From IMG/VR virus record IMGVR_UViG_3300042465_005479: a stretch of 64,000 nucleotides of DNA. One strand, given 5' to 3'. The translations under genes and the position numbers were made by a program. This stretch comes from an uncultured virus (IMG/VR IMGVR_UViG_3300042465_005479). Taxonomy: Duplodnaviria > Heunggongvirae > Uroviricota > Caudoviricetes. Under the pieces are notes generated by a model, which saw nothing but the letters and a program-made list of their open reading frames with translations, did not search any database and was not told the DNA's origin. Positions 33,601 through 42,900 of the stretch are shown here, piece after piece; positions within the stretch are counted from its first letter, which is position 1; each line of letters opens with the position of its first letter.

Positions 33601-35563
33601 TATCATATGGTGGAAACCACATAACTCTACCCCCGTTTGGTCCTTTTTCACAAACAGGTAGTTCATCATAAGTAAAACCTTGTTTACTTGATGTTCTCCA
33701 AGCCAAATTCTCAATTGAGAACATATATTTTTTAGCATACCCACCAATACCATTTGGTCCATCGGCAATAATATTTGTCGACCCCGGATTTCTTGTTGGT
33801 GAAATATTTAAATTAAATGTGTTGTCAAATACTGAACTAGCAAATTTTCTTCCTGATGTTGTAATACCATCTACTTTTTGTAAATCATTATATGTGTAAT
33901 ATGGTGTGTCTTTAGTAAAAACTCTACAATATTCAATACCTGCCTCACCACCGGTTGTTTGGTCAGTATACGACACAACCTGAGAACCTTTTGTCATTTC
34001 TTTATATCCATCGTGAAACACTTTACTAACTTGATTAATAGCATTACCGACGTGTTTTAGTCTTGAAATTCCTTGAACATTATCAGCAGAATTTACTAAT
34101 CTTTGAGTTTCATCTAAAATTGATGTTGCTTTAAACACAAAATTAGTTGATTCGTCTTTAAGGTAATTGCTACTAATTAAATTAAATTCAGAATCCGCTG
34201 AACCTGACCCACCTCCGGGTGTCGCTTTGAATCCCGCATTTGGTTTATATTTTGGTGATGTCCAAACAAATTGTCCATCAATACCACCACCATCACTTAA
34301 TGATTTAGCCGCAAGTCCAAAGTTAAGAGTGTCTTGATTACCCTCAAATAAAATACCTAATTCAGATGGTCCATATACCGGAACATCTTCTTGTTGTCCA
34401 AAAGCGTTAACAGGAACTTGATTTGGTGGTGAAGTTATTGTAGATGGTTCAGCATTTCTACTACCAACATAATAACCACCAACTAAGGTTCCATTATCAG
34501 GGTTTATTAAACTAACAATAGCTTGCCCAACACCTAATAACCCACCAAAAGTTTTATTATAACTTGGTTGATAACGATTATAATTTAGATTTCTAAATAA
34601 AACAGACCTTTGTCCATTTCCGGTGTTCGCCAAAAATATTTCAGAAGGGTTTCTTTTAGCATTTAAAATTGGACCCAAAAACCCACCTGTTAATTGATTA
34701 ACTACGTTTAACGCGTTTGATGTTTGTTGTGTTTGACCATTTCTTGTGTTATCTGTAAAATAATCTCCCGGAATTGGTGAAACAGGCCAATACGCACCAC
34801 CTAATCTTGTAATTAAGTCAGCGGCTGCCGTAATAGGGTCCTCAGGTGACGTAATCTTCCAATTTCTATAAATTAAAGGTTCTTGTCCTGAAATAATTAA
34901 ACTAGCCTCAAATGGGTCCGATAGTGATTCTAAATTTACTTGACCAACTGTGTTTATAAAAATTTGTCTAGCTATCCTATCTTGAAACGCCTCGTTTAAT
35001 TGTAGAGCACCTAATCTCGCTAAATACGAATCCTGAGATAATGAACCATCACTACCCGTAGGATTTGTTGATAATAATATTGAATAAGGAGAATAGGTTG
35101 AAGGTATAAACGTAGACCCATATGGTTGATGTATTGGTGCTGCTAACATTTGTGTGGTAACCCCAAACAAATTGCTAAATCCACCAACAGGTCCATAATA
35201 GTTTACAATATACGCTGTATCAATAAAAAATTCATTAACTAAATCTAACACAGTATCATCCGGACTATACTCACCCTGATTTGAATTTACCGGAAGAGGA
35301 GCTCCATTATAATCTATTATTGTGTTATAACCTCCATTAGGACCATATTCATTTAATGGATATAATTGTGCAGCAAATGGGTCATTAGCAATTAAGTCAT
35401 TTGGTGAATCAATAACATTACTAACATTTAAAACTGTTTCATAAGTTAAATTACCAACTTGTGGTGAATATACTCCGACAACATTATATGGGGCTAAATT
35501 TTTAGCCAATAAAATATCTCTAAATGAAGATGATGAAGCAAATGATAATGTACTATTTGACAT
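30650..35563 (-). CDS. Tail tube initiator-like protein (gp48/gp54/CIS tube type) with an inserted OmpA-like domain
   Basis: FPPYDIKFND...W....FLGRPEPIYTY..T.R and APP..LRIGD...P..A.V.M.F flank an OmpA-like segment (YNVKLSIRR.NSV..YL...CRRV); follows the tape measure gene. Confidence 0.6.
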   Translation of the reverse strand: MSNSTLSFASSSSFRDILLAKNLAPYNVVGVYSPQVGNLTYETVLNVSNVIDSPNDLIANDPFAAQLYPLNEYGPNGGYNTIIDYNGAPLPVNSNQGEYSPDDTVLDLVNEFFIDTAYIVNYYGPVGGFSNLFGVTTQMLAAPIHQPYGSTFIPSTYSPYSILLSTNPTGSDGSLSQDSYLARLGALQLNEAFQDRIARQIFINTVGQVNLESLSDPFEASLIISGQEPLIYRNWKITSPEDPITAAADLITRLGGAYWPVSPIPGDYFTDNTRNGQTQQTSNALNVVNQLTGGFLGPILNAKRNPSEIFLANTGNGQRSVLFRNLNYNRYQPSYNKTFGGLLGVGQAIVSLINPDNGTLVGGYYVGSRNAEPSTITSPPNQVPVNAFGQQEDVPVYGPSELGILFEGNQDTLNFGLAAKSLSDGGGIDGQFVWTSPKYKPNAGFKATPGGGSGSADSEFNLISSNYLKDESTNFVFKATSILDETQRLVNSADNVQGISRLKHVGNAINQVSKVFHDGYKEMTKGSQVVSYTDQTTGGEAGIEYCRVFTKDTPYYTYNDLQKVDGITTSGRKFASSVFDNTFNLNISPTRNPGSTNIIADGPNGIGGYAKKYMFSIENLAWRTSSKQGFTYDELPVCEKGPNGGRVMWFPPYDIKFNDTSNANWTETSFLGRPEPIYTYKDTRRSGTLSWKIIVDHPSVMNVIVEKQLKGQNKERINSIIDSFFAGCVKYDIYELAKKFNTVPTKDLYTYQQILNDPNLDKNTAKEVISSNEGNASVGTVTTPRNSSTKSNPELSIADLSKYNNLGFYFDNDVPGPNNKTAEKPNSSYKADYDNYTSTMNQDQYVAISTNTFSPPSINLNVQPFFTNVVIDNFNQINSGFVEDAFKILSEKTGTIQILLTSSASAPASKDYNVKLSIRRKNSVVEYLQTTKLKPFIDVDKTLTFLDVNKGEGEVVSFPQSSTGVFGASVNCTDDILSKTNKVTKDSQKYSVSAMACRRVTLKDIKVTATPVDKPVEPIIEDVIIPPVVAPKPKPKPTYRTEKTIKDGISKLIVRRLLSECDYFDVVKKEVPMLYDSIQEKIKYFNPAFHSMTPEGLNSRLTFLNQCVRPGETIPVIGDNGQIVANDALNTSFGAPPVLVLRIGDFYNCKIIPKSVAFSYEPLVFDLNPEGIGIQPMIANVSMNFDIIGGMGLEKPVEELQNALSFNYYANTEIYDERAKATDDSWKKLDKQYFQDLIDEQPTQTQVDNQQTNSAGETIGQIQTTVNGASGQTGDITYMKIMDSLLDVSKEYIVNLVNQSESTIKSYNGGVWQLMTQERQYTGGEFNMGTSSQLVTIYGKSVYEQRVIDLFSALLNDISSGTNFIIVGLNSVFTDTTAVRSVTTNLTNYIKAMQTDFSNGIEEISNKIVEQEQGMVQVFRKINYVTTLSDGVLIDSKAKIYTITATEEVDRGDTQESVDTFQEMIFDYDLVATRMNKYNETLSSVDFNIISNGYTEPGGFTSAVFDDLTDKRFFMVMAQVFNNRSNFNTFKSAIITNELDNTYDDLSKNFNKIVDKFRDSVIEELDFEEKNIKSLKKSPDYIGWTKDNIYNKGKVRKFTYTTEPSPTNDEQTNNLILLYKGDNTGDKTIWTDKTQFN

Positions 35564-35602
35564 ATTTTTTTTCTTTTATAATAAATAGATTAATAATCTA
35601 TT

Positions 35603-37348
35603 TTAAGGTCGTTCATTTTTAACAGGATTCATTTTATTAATACCATCTCTAACACTAACTGTTAATTTTTCCATTAATGCGGGATTTGTAAAAATTTGTT
35701 CCATTTGTTTTGCATCAATATTTGGAGAATTAGAATCCACTTTAACATTTAAATTAACGTCCATTGTTGATTTTTGATTTGACACTTGTGAACTACTAGT
35801 CCCAACTGTTCCTCGAGGTATTGATGAATTTGTTGAGGATGGAGGTAAGGTCCCTGCCATCATTTGGTTGAATGCCTTTATTGTACCTGTTGCCATAGGA
35901 AATTCCGCACTTAGCTTATCCGCCTGAACTTGTACATTTGAAAATGAATCCATTAATTCTTTTTTTACAAACCCTCCAAAACTAGACATAATATTTCCTA
36001 AAACATCTGTTTTTTCCCCTGTCGCCGCATATTTTGCAATCGCAGTTTTTAGTGAGTCCACAGTATTATCAATACCTTGAGCAATGTTTTTTGCTGATAA
36101 CCCTTCACCTGGAATTTCTGACGCCGCGGTGGCAACCGCTCTCGTCCCTTTTAATATCCCACCTGCAGTTTCACTACGAGCAGCACCTAAACCCGTTCTA
36201 TCCGCCAAACTATTTATCGCTGCCGTAATAGATTGTGTTGCGGTTAATTGTTGTTTGGCTAACTCTTCCATTGTTGGAGGAGCGGTATTTGCCATTTTTT
36301 CAAGAGCTTCTATTTCAGGACCTGTTAATTTACTAACATCTTTAGTTTCTCCCGCGGCTGTTTTAATTTCATAAGTTCCACCGGCACCCATTTCTGCCAT
36401 ATTGGCAATCATTTTCTTTTGGTCCTCAGTCGCGCTTGGAAAGGATATTTCCTTCATTTTCTTATCTAAGTCGGCACTACCTAACGCCATTTTAGTAATG
36501 TCATTATATGATATCCCCATAGCACTTGAAATCTCTCTCAATTGTCGTTTCGCTCCCGGCATAATTTCAAAATGTCCATCTTTACCCAATTGAACAAATT
36601 GTTTACTCATTTGTGCAATTTGATTTTGTAATTCAGCAGGGTCATTTTGAGCTAAATCCATTAATTTTAATGGGTCTAATAATGAACTTTGTGAAACACC
36701 TAATCGTTGCATTGATGCGGCTAAATCAATCGCTTTTTCAGGGTCAAATAATCTGTCAGCCAACTCTAATGTTTTACCCATATCAACTCTTAACGCTGTT
36801 GATTGTGCTGCCATTTTTGCCAAACCTTCAACACCACCAGCAAAATTAAATTTATTAAGAGCCTCCATATTTTTAATAACTGCACCTGACACCGCCTGAG
36901 CATTAACCCCTGATTCTCGAGCAACATTAACAACTTTTAACATTTCACTTGTTGCCCTTCCCGCACCAATACCCGCGTCCGCCATACCTGCAACAATATC
37001 TTTAACAGATTGTCCGGTAACTTTCATTGTTGCGTATAAATCTTTAGTTGTTTTTTCTGATAAAACAACGTTTCTACCTAAAGTTTCGGACGCATCTTTT
37101 TGTGTCGCAAGAACATCTGCAATATCACCACCTAATTTTCTTACTGAAGTAACAGCCTCCGCCATACTACCACGTAATAAATCCGACATAGCCTGACCTT
37201 GACCAAATTTCTTAAGCATTTCACTTGCCGCATTATCAAGTGTCAACACTACTTTTGCTATTGCGATTGGGTCAAAATTAGACCCAAGGGCGTCCCCTAG
37301 TCCTTTTATCCCTCCTGTTGAAGTACCCTCCGGTGCTTTATCTACCAT
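35603..37348 (-). CDS. Tail tape measure protein
   Basis: 581 aa, Ala/Gly/Met-rich and probably helical; canonical position after tube and chaperone. Confidence 0.75.
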   Translation of the reverse strand: MVDKAPEGTSTGGIKGLGDALGSNFDPIAIAKVVLTLDNAASEMLKKFGQGQAMSDLLRGSMAEAVTSVRKLGGDIADVLATQKDASETLGRNVVLSEKTTKDLYATMKVTGQSVKDIVAGMADAGIGAGRATSEMLKVVNVARESGVNAQAVSGAVIKNMEALNKFNFAGGVEGLAKMAAQSTALRVDMGKTLELADRLFDPEKAIDLAASMQRLGVSQSSLLDPLKLMDLAQNDPAELQNQIAQMSKQFVQLGKDGHFEIMPGAKRQLREISSAMGISYNDITKMALGSADLDKKMKEISFPSATEDQKKMIANMAEMGAGGTYEIKTAAGETKDVSKLTGPEIEALEKMANTAPPTMEELAKQQLTATQSITAAINSLADRTGLGAARSETAGGILKGTRAVATAASEIPGEGLSAKNIAQGIDNTVDSLKTAIAKYAATGEKTDVLGNIMSSFGGFVKKELMDSFSNVQVQADKLSAEFPMATGTIKAFNQMMAGTLPPSSTNSSIPRGTVGTSSSQVSNQKSTMDVNLNVKVDSNSPNIDAKQMEQIFTNPALMEKLTVSVRDGINKMNPVKNERP

Positions 37349-37396
37349 AATTAAATGTGTTTCTAAATAAATACACCAAACATAGTTTTTAAATCA

Positions 37397-37552
37397 CTAG
37401 TTTGGTGTGTTATTCTCGATTACTCGATTTATTAAATATTTTCTAACATATGTCGGCATTGTGTGGAAATCCGAATATGATACGTATATTGTTTGAGCTA
37501 AGTACAAATATTCCTCAATTAATAATTGTCTATGATTAGAAGAAAGGTCGAA
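37397..37552 (-). CDS. Frameshift-accessed C-terminal ORF of the tail assembly chaperone (gpGT-like)
   Basis: Not in the track. 51 open codons in the +1 frame (FDLSSNHRQLLIEEYLYL...MPTYVRKYLINRVIENNTPN*) overlap the chaperone end at TTT TTT CGA. Confidence 0.7.
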   Translation of the reverse strand, partial: FDLSSNHRQLLIEEYLYLAQTIYVSYSDFHTMPTYVRKYLINRVIENNTPN

Positions 37553-38291
37553 AAAAGTCCACCCCAAAGGTTATCTCGAAAGATACCAATTCTCCTGAAG
37601 GGGCGATTACACTTCTTTTTAAGTCCAATGACGGTTCATTTTCTCTTAAAAAACTTCTTATGTATTTAGAATCCATAATTGGTAGTGAATCAACAAATAA
37701 CGCAATTTTTGATTTATCTGAACTACCATCAACTTCAACAATATGTTTTAACAGTTTCCAAGTAATTTTAGGGGCTTGTCTACCAACGGGATATTGTTCC
37801 ACCATTTTATCTAATTCAATAGTATCATAAAAAGTTGTTGGTCTTAATTTTACTGTAACACCTGTTCTTGGTAATTTAGTTGTAAACGTCCCATCTTCAT
37901 CAGGTTTAACTTCAGTTTTTCTAATGTTTAATTCATCTAAAATAACCGAACCAATAAATGGTTTATCAGTTCCCGGGTCAATTAAATTAACACTATATTC
38001 CGAACCAAAAGAAGAGTTTCTTAAAAAAATTAAAATCGCCTCAACATCACCGTCTAATAGTTCTTCAGGACGTAAATCGTGTTCATACATTTTATTTCTC
38101 AATAGTTTTAATATAATATTTTCACTATTACGACCAGAACCGATTAAATAATTTTCATCATTTGCCGTTAAATAACCAATCTTAACAGCTTTCTTTTTTG
38201 ATTTATAAAAAATCCCTCCGGTTGGTAATTGAACCACATCGTGTGGTAAGCTGAAATTTTCAGTTGCAGCGTCTATTAAATTTTGTTCCAT
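37536..38291 (-). CDS. Tail/baseplate assembly chaperone (T4 gp26-like or gpG position)
   Basis: V.LPTGG.FY, LTA.DE..L, LLDGD..AILIFLR..SFG..Y and C-terminal FGVDFFRP; lies between tube and tape measure. Confidence 0.7.
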   Translation of the reverse strand: MEQNLIDAATENFSLPHDVVQLPTGGIFYKSKKKAVKIGYLTANDENYLIGSGRNSENIILKLLRNKMYEHDLRPEELLDGDVEAILIFLRNSSFGSEYSVNLIDPGTDKPFIGSVILDELNIRKTEVKPDEDGTFTTKLPRTGVTVKLRPTTFYDTIELDKMVEQYPVGRQAPKITWKLLKHIVEVDGSSDKSKIALFVDSLPIMDSKYIRSFLRENEPSLDLKRSVIAPSGELVSFEITFGVDFFRPFF

Positions 38292-38341
38292 ATAATTTTG
38301 TTTTTATTATAAATAATAGGATATGTTTTTTTTATATAAAT

Positions 38342-38370
38342 AAAAAACCCCACATAATTAAATGTAGGGT
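38342..38370 (-). terminator. Intrinsic terminator after the tail tube gene
   Basis: Minus strand ACCCTACAT-TTAATT-ATGTGGGGT then TTTTT (one G-U pair). Confidence 0.7.
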
Positions 38371-38393
38371 GTAATATATTTTATTTTAATTGA

Positions 38394-38882
38394 TTAGTAA
38401 ACTAATACACATCTATCCATACGAAGTGTCGCAGAAATTGTTGCCAATGCGTCTGAACTATAAGCTAAAGTATCAAAGTTAACATCAGATAAGAAAGTTC
38501 CTTCTAATATCCATTTTTCAACAACAACACCTGTTGGGTCTAACATCTCAAGGTCAATGTTTTTCTTATACCCCGCAGCATATCCCATACGTCCTGTAAC
38601 AGACTCCGCACATAAACGCACCCATTCCATAAGTGCTTGTGATGCTGAAGGTCCAATTGGGTCTCTAAATTTGACATTAATTGTTCCCCAAGTAAATCTA
38701 CCCGCAACATAAGTTGAAGTGTTTAAAAAGGGTATCTCAACGTCTTTAATAGTGATATGTGGTCTAGCAGCCGACTCTACAAACCATTCGTTAATCCCTA
38801 ATGTAGAAGGGAATCGTACAATAAACCTATTTTGTCTTTTTGGTTCATACGGTATGGGCATTTTCATTAATAAATCAGCCAT
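38394..38882 (-). CDS. Tail tube protein (T4 gp19-like)
   Basis: YEPKRQNRF, YVAGRFTW..I...F.DPI, LDPTG.VVEKW.L.G.F and D...L.Y; 162 aa, downstream of the sheath. Confidence 0.9.
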   Translation of the reverse strand: MADLLMKMPIPYEPKRQNRFIVRFPSTLGINEWFVESAARPHITIKDVEIPFLNTSTYVAGRFTWGTINVKFRDPIGPSASQALMEWVRLCAESVTGRMGYAAGYKKNIDLEMLDPTGVVVEKWILEGTFLSDVNFDTLAYSSDALATISATLRMDRCVLVY

Positions 38883-39045
38883 TTTCTATTTGTTTTTTAA
38901 TTTTTATTTTTTTATCTTGTTTATTATAAATATAACCTATTTAATTTTTTTCTCTTGACTTTTAGAATTAAAAAATCTATCATTCTAGAAATCCTAGTTT
39001 TTATATTAATAGTTTTTATTTATTAATTATTTTATAATAAATATT

Positions 39046-39864
39046 TTAATATTCTTTTTTAATTCCTCCTGCTGTTGAATATGTTTTAATTATATTCTCT
39101 GGGTCTTGCTCAAAATGTTTTTTCACTACATCCACATTTTTTAAGTCGTCATCTGAAAAACCTATCTTAGGGACAAAATAATTATTTATTTTATTTTTTA
39201 AGAAAGCTTTCTTTTGTATATGTTGAGACATCGCCTTAACATATTGAACAAACTCTTTTAATGCGTTAATTTTACCTTGTTCCGGATTTGTTGCAGAACC
39301 CTCACCGTAACTTACCGGATAAAATCTACACAAGTCTAAATATTCTCGAATCATTTCTCTTTTAGAGACATTTTCTTCATCCGCTAAATCACGATATTTT
39401 TCTAAATTTTTAACCAATTCGTCTGAATCAATCCCATTTGTATTTGACACAATATAATTGTAACAAGCCTCTTTTAATATTGAAGGTGTGTGTCCTCTAG
39501 CGGTAACAATTGAAAAAATTGAACCGTTATTAATTGCCTCAACAAAATCATCCCAAGCCGGACCCGGTTTTGCGGTTATCGCATCAACAATAAATTGTTT
39601 ATCACCCTTTACACCAAACCATCTAAAAGGGTCGTTTGCAAACCCTACGATTGTGTGACCATCAAATTCTAAAGGTTCTTTTCCAACTTCTTCTCTGTAA
39701 GTTGCAAAATCTTCAGTAGACATTCCTACTTCGTCACCTTCTTCATCTTTCAAGATTATCTTTGTTGGCATTGAAACAATGTTATCATCCCAATCAAACG
39801 CGTAATACTTTTCATCGGGGGCACCAAACTCGTCAATACCTTCTTTTATTCTATTTTTTAACAT
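39046..39864 (-). CDS. HAD-superfamily phosphatase-like protein
   Basis: Motif I YAFDWDDNI, motif II IVTARG, a Lys in QGK and motif IV GFSDDD. Confidence 0.7.
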   Translation of the reverse strand: MLKNRIKEGIDEFGAPDEKYYAFDWDDNIVSMPTKIILKDEEGDEVGMSTEDFATYREEVGKEPLEFDGHTIVGFANDPFRWFGVKGDKQFIVDAITAKPGPAWDDFVEAINNGSIFSIVTARGHTPSILKEACYNYIVSNTNGIDSDELVKNLEKYRDLADEENVSKREMIREYLDLCRFYPVSYGEGSATNPEQGKINALKEFVQYVKAMSQHIQKKAFLKNKINNYFVPKIGFSDDDLKNVDVVKKHFEQDPENIIKTYSTAGGIKKEY

Positions 39865-39921
39865 ATCTTTATATTAAGGCTTATTATGACCCACTATTAC
39901 AATGGGTCATAATTTTATTTA

Positions 39922-42900
39922 TTATATATTCTCGAAAGAAGCTCCTGTTGGAGTAATATAGAACGTAATGTCTATAAATTCTAACGATTTGGTTGGTTTG
40001 ATGTAAATCTTACCTGTCATTTGATTTCTATCTAAATCAGCCGTATCTGACGATACTGTAACTCGGAAATCATATAAACCTCTGTCTCTTCTGATAGCAT
40101 CCAAGATAGGGTTAACCGCGTCTAAGAAGTCTTGTCTTACTTTTTGGTCGTTTTGTTCAAACAATAATCTTACAGATACCGCTGAAATCAATTTACGAGC
40201 TTGAAGTAATAATCTTCTTACGTTTATTCTATCAAGTGCCGATTGAGCCACTTGTAGTGTTTTATTACCCCAAATTACCGTCCCAACATCAGAGAAAGTT
40301 GCAATTGGATTGATACGTCCTTGGTAAAGGGTGTCTCTATCTTCTTGAGTAAGTTTCTTTCTCGCTTTGATTGCGTTTACGATACCTCTTGTGTAACCTG
40401 CCGCCGCGAACCAAGGGAAAGCGATGTTGTCGGTTAACGCTAAGTTTCTAACAACTTCTGCCGTTGGTGGTAAGTAGATTTGTGTATTGTTAACACTATC
40501 TCTTGTTAATACCCAAGGGTAGTATGTTGCGGTATAGTTAGAGTCGACTCCTGTAGTTTCTAAGTTATTTATTGCCTCTTGAGGGTAAATTAAATCAGTT
40601 GCCAAGTTTACTGTTGGCATAAACAAATCAATATCCGGTGTTGTACAAACGTATAATGAGTCAGCTCTGTTAAATTCAATCATCTCAATCGCATCTTCAA
40701 CTAAATCAGAATTATTAACATAATCAATACCCGGAGTAACAAATAAGTTAATATTCACCGCCTCAGGATTAGAGAATGTTTGTTGTCCTAATAAGTAAGC
40801 GTAATAATCGGTGTTTGCCCAATCAACATTATTTTTTCCAACAGTAATTTTCTTGAATGCTCCCCATCCTGTTGCCGTTGGATATTGTATACTTGTACAA
40901 GCCCCGTTTAAGTAACCTCTTCTACCTAATTTAAATGTGTCGGTATTTGTTCTAGATTCTCTATAGATATCCCAACCATCAAATCCTCCTTGAACTAATA
41001 ATGAGAATTTACGTGAATAAATTCTGTAATAAGGACTAACTTCACTATCAGGGTCTGATGTAAATGGTGCGTCACCAACAAAGAATTCTGGGTTAGATGT
41101 TCCCGGATAAACAATTGATGATGCGTTAACATCCATATGGAATCCTCTTGTTTTATATGTCCAATCATTCCCTTCCACAGCTGTACATAAATCTAATGGT
41201 AATTGTTTACCTTTATATTGGAAGAAATCAGGGTCATATCCTGCACCATATCCTGTAGAAATACCTAAGTAAGTTCTACGAACATTATCGCCCGGACTTT
41301 GGATTGCCAAGTTAGAACCTGAACTTAATCCAAATGGTGGGTCAAATACAACCTCTCCAGGGTAATCATATTTAGTTTTATAAATTGGGAACGGTGGTCT
41401 AGAAGTTGCGTAATTTCTAAATCTAAATCCTTGGAAACCACAAGGTAACGCATCAATCGGTGCGTCCTCATTCATCTCAACCATAATGTATTTTGAGTTC
41501 AACGCGTATTCTCCATCGGCAGTACCAATTTTTTGTCCAACAAACGCATTATCCTGAGGATTCATCGAACAATTTGTGAATTTCTCAATAACAACAGGAT
41601 TATTATCTGTGTCATAAAAATCTCTAACTAAAATATCAAAAGTTAAATTACCAAATGACATATTTGCTATTGAAATTTTAACCTCAGTGTTAGCGTCATC
41701 ACCATCAGAAACTGTTGTGAATCTGAATAGATTGTATACTTTACTACCTCTTAATTCAGATACAACCCAAGGGGAAGACGGTGTTTGGTATTTTTCTAAA
41801 TAAAACGCTATCGAAGACATATCGTTATTACTGTTATTAGCTCTTGGTAATCCAACTAAATTACAATTAATACCTCTAATATAACCTTTATTATAACCAT
41901 AGTTTAATAATGTTTGAAATCTCTCTTCTACAAATAATGGAACCGTAGTTCTTGGTTTTGCAAAGTTTGAAGAACCAAATACTTTTGGTAAATATTTAGA
42001 ATCTGACTCACTAAATGAGGTTTCAAAGAAAAATGTATTATTATCCTTATCAGTTATGTTTAAACCAAATTCAGAATAAGGATTTTTACCAATACTTGAG
42101 TATCCACCTGTACAATTCATTGTTACATCGGTCACATCATTTACTTGATAAGTTGGTCCATCACTACCCGCACCATAAGTCGCAATACCTCTTGAACGAA
42201 GTGTTGCAAGAATTAAATCGTCAAAGTCTGTATAAGATGTTCCTGTATAAACATAAACAGAACCTCTAACACTACCCGTATAACAAGTTTTAATTGAACC
42301 TGAAGTATAGTTTCCAGTATTACCTGATGTTAGTGGGTTACAAGGATTTTGTATTTCAACGGTTACGTTAAAAGATGTTCCTGTTGAACTACCATCGTTA
42401 GGTATTAAAAGATATGTAACAGCACCTGTTGAAAAATTAACAACCGATACATTACTAGTTTGTGCTGATAAATTTACCGTTACACCTGTACAACAAGCAC
42501 TAAACGTTGGAACAATAGTTGATAAATTTGTTCCTGAAAAAGTCGCAAAAGGTAAAACAACACTAATTGTGCTGTTATTGTAATTAATACTTCCTGCAAC
42601 ACCAAGAACACTAAATGAATAGAAAGATGAACAATTTGATGATGTAGAACTTTGTCCAAGAGTATCGATTACCGTATAGTAAGAACTACCTGTATAACTA
42701 CCATTATTATTATCAAATAATGCGTAATACCAAGGGTCATTCTCTGGAGCAGTATAATCAGCTAAATGTGAATCAACATTGTTTACGTCGAATACGTTTG
42801 TTACGTTTGTATAACCTATTGAAACTAAATTATCGTAATCATCACCTAATATTGTACCATAACAGTATAATGAGGTTGCTGAAGTTGATAAAGTTGTTGA

